Below, in pieces: positions 61,967 through 64,000 of a stretch of 64,000 bases of DNA. Source of the DNA: an uncultured delta proteobacterium (GTDB taxonomy: Bacteria > Desulfobacterota > Desulfobacteria > Desulfobacterales > UBA2156); contig CAVTQK010000021.1 in assembly GCA_963736855.1 (NCBI GenBank), positions 512,001 through 576,000 on the forward strand, given 5' to 3'. Numbering within the stretch: the first letter of the stretch is position 1; every line of letters starts with the position of its first letter. A program made the position numbers and the translations under genes. The notes beneath the pieces were generated by a model. The model saw nothing but the letters and a program-made list of their open reading frames with translations. It searched no databases and was not told where the DNA came from.

Positions 61967-62455
61967 ATGAAAAGGGTCGCAATAATAGTCGGTGCAGGAA
62001 TTTTTCTGGTAATCGTGCTCTTCGGTTGGTGGGTCACCAGCCGTCCCGAACGCGGGACGACCGGCTCGGTCAGCACGAATTTTCGATGGCTCGGCCCCAA
62101 CGATAAGATCGTGGTCGACGGCTTCGACGACCCTAAGGTCCAGGGTGTCGCCTGTCACCTTTCCCGGGCACAAACCGGAGGCGTAAAAGGCGCTATGGGC
62201 GTGGCGGAGGATACCAGTGACGCCAGCATCGCCTGCCGTCAGGTAGGCCCAATCAAGATTCTTGGTGAAATCAAGGACGGCGAGCGCGTCTTTGACGAGC
62301 ACCGTAGCCTGGTTTTCAAGACACTACAAGTCGTGCGCTTCTTCGACCGCAAGCGCAATGTTTTAGTCTACGTTTCCTACAGCGATCGGATTATCGCGGG
62401 CAGCCCGCAGAACAGTATCAGCACAGTGCCGATCATGGGTTGGCCGGCACCATAA
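61967..62455 (+). CDS. creA: CreA-family protein
   Basis: [45 protein letters not shown]. Confidence 0.88.
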   Translation: MKRVAIIVGAGIFLVIVLFGWWVTSRPERGTTGSVSTNFRWLGPNDKIVVDGFDDPKVQGVACHLSRAQTGGVKGAMGVAEDTSDASIACRQVGPIKILGEIKDGERVFDEHRSLVFKTLQVVRFFDRKRNVLVYVSYSDRIIAGSPQNSISTVPIMGWPAP

Positions 62456-62458
62456 GTT

Positions 62459-62690
62459 GATGAAGGCTGGATTGTACTCACAGATGGCGTCGGGCCTATG
62501 CGTCAGTATTGCATCGGGGCCATACTGCTTGATCTTGAATAGCCTACAAAAATAATCGCTCGCCTGGAAAATCCGCTGCTTGCCCCGCACGAAAAAGAGC
62601 GCGAGGGATATGTTCCCAATATTGTTTATTCCTGCGGTGCGATAATTCATAACAACGAGTTAGTCATTCCCTACGCCATGAAAAACTTAA
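62459..62690 (+). pseudogene. Fragment of a GH130/PH1107-like glycosidase
   Basis: EGWIVLT.GVGPMRQYCIGAILLDLE*PTKIIARL...EREGYVPNIVYSCG...LVIPYA. Confidence 0.7.
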
Positions 62691-62719
62691 GAAGCTACCT
62701 TTCATAAAGGAGCGGGTAA

Positions 62720-64000
62720 ATGTCAAGAAAAAGAGAAGACGAACCACAGGAAAATCTAATGGATAGACTTCGCGCCATGTTCGGTTTTCAAAACCCGGAT
62801 AAAAAGAATGCTCTGCCACCGAAAGCTCACTTCAGCATCTGGTATTTTCTGATTGCCGTTTTTGCATTTTCTTTCATTCAACAATACTTTTTTTCCGGCA
62901 AAGTGGAGACGATTCCTTATAGCCAGTTCAAACAATACGTAGCTCAAGGCAACGTCGCAAAATTGAGTATCGGCCCTGAGGTTATCAGCGGAACGCTAAA
63001 AGGAGCTTTGGGTCAGAACTTCACCACGATTCGGGTGAATGATCCCGGGCTTGTGAAAGAGTTGGATGAAAACAAAATAAACTATTCTGGATACTTTGAA
63101 AGCCAATTGGTGGGCACGATTCTATCCTGGGTTGTTCCAATCGGCATCTTTTTTCTGATCTGGCGCTACGTCATGAACAAAATGGGTCCGGGGATGGGGG
63201 TCATGTCATTCAGCAAGAGCAAAGCCAAGATCTTTGCCGAAACCGAGACGAAAGTCACTTTTGCTGATGTCGCCGGCATCGATGAGGCCAAAGAAGAGCT
63301 TAAGGAAGTGGTTGAGTTTTTGCAAAACCCGGAGAAATTTCAAAAATTGGGAGGGAGGATTCCCAAAGGGGTGCTTCTGGTAGGCCTGCCCGGGACCGGC
63401 AAAACTCTTCTGGCAAAAGCCGTGGCCGGAGAGGCCAAAGTTACTTTCTTCAGCATCAGCGGGTCTGAATTTGTGGAAATGTTCGTCGGCGTAGGTGCAG
63501 CTCGTGTCCGCGATCTTTTCTCTCAGGCTGCTGCTCAAGCACCCTGTATCATCTTCATCGATGAATTGGATGCGTTAGGTAAAGCTCGCGGTGTGAATGT
63601 CTTTGGCGGGCATGATGAACGCGAGCAGACTCTGAACCAGCTCCTGGTGGAAATGGATGGGTTCGAAACGAATAAAGGGGTCATCATCATGGCTGCTACC
63701 AACCGACCGGAAATATTAGACCCCGCATTGTTGCGCCCGGGGCGGTTTGATCGTCAGGTCTTAATCGATCGGCCGGATATAAACGGGAGGGAAGCAATCC
63801 TGAAAATTCATTGCAAGCATGTCGTGTTGGATTCTGATGTCGATCTGCGCAAGATCGCCGGTCTTACTCCGGGTTTTGTGGGGGCTGATTTAGCCAACCT
63901 CGTCAATGAGTCCGCCCTTTTGGCGGCCCGGAAAAACAGAGAAACGGTAGGGTCGGCGGAGTTCGATGAAGCGATCGACCGTGTGGTGGGAGGGTTGGAG
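62720..64000 (+). CDS. ftsH: ATP-dependent zinc metalloprotease FtsH (partial, runs off window end)
   Basis: Open frame from ATG 62720 (RBS AAGGAG): two TM helices, [37 protein letters not shown]. Confidence 0.93.
   Translation, partial: MSRKREDEPQENLMDRLRAMFGFQNPDKKNALPPKAHFSIWYFLIAVFAFSFIQQYFFSGKVETIPYSQFKQYVAQGNVAKLSIGPEVISGTLKGALGQNFTTIRVNDPGLVKELDENKINYSGYFESQLVGTILSWVVPIGIFFLIWRYVMNKMGPGMGVMSFSKSKAKIFAETETKVTFADVAGIDEAKEELKEVVEFLQNPEKFQKLGGRIPKGVLLVGLPGTGKTLLAKAVAGEAKVTFFSISGSEFVEMFVGVGAARVRDLFSQAAAQAPCIIFIDELDALGKARGVNVFGGHDEREQTLNQLLVEMDGFETNKGVIIMAATNRPEILDPALLRPGRFDRQVLIDRPDINGREAILKIHCKHVVLDSDVDLRKIAGLTPGFVGADLANLVNESALLAARKNRETVGSAEFDEAIDRVVGGLE

Noticed and set aside
8068..63538. 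Many 60-280 aa ORFs overlapping annotated genes (for example 8521-9015, 19290-20111, 32286-33137, 59939-60562, 63206-63538)
   Set aside because: Antisense or off-frame shadows of well-supported genes with no motifs of their own.

Overview
Bacterial chromosomal window, most likely from a Desulfobacterota (deltaproteobacterial) anaerobe, with three zones. (1) 1-8.5 kb is an accessory/defence remnant: a peptidoglycan-binding protein tail, a GH5-like hydrolase, an SNF2 helicase and a type III restriction-modification locus inactivated by a large mod-res deletion, bracketed by IS91-like remnants. (2) 8.5-42.5 kb holds housekeeping and metabolic genes (miaB, recJ, rnz, MrfAB-like helicase, adenine deaminase and others). 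It includes a compact anaerobic phenol-type carboxylation cluster (ppsA, ppsB, ppcB, CoA ligase, Tm-1-like, LpdD, UbiX) opposite a LysR regulator. (3) 42.6-64 kb is an accessory island starting with kaiC-kaiB-kaiB and a PAS-PAS sigma54 enhancer-binding protein. Four copies of one sigma54 promoter module follow (tandem 16-bp palindromes, IHF-like site, -24/-12 box at a fixed 99-100 bp spacing). They sit in front of small stress-type genes (CsbD, BON/OsmY, DUF3096, DUF3309, ABM) among many gene fragments. The best candidate for an undescribed system is this KaiA-less KaiBC module apparently wired to a sigma54 stress regulon; the link is inferred from gene context and motif conservation. Several genes carry single-base frameshifts, mostly in short homopolymers, which look like consensus errors. 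No rRNA, tRNA or CRISPR array was seen. All family calls come from motif recognition by eye, not database searches.
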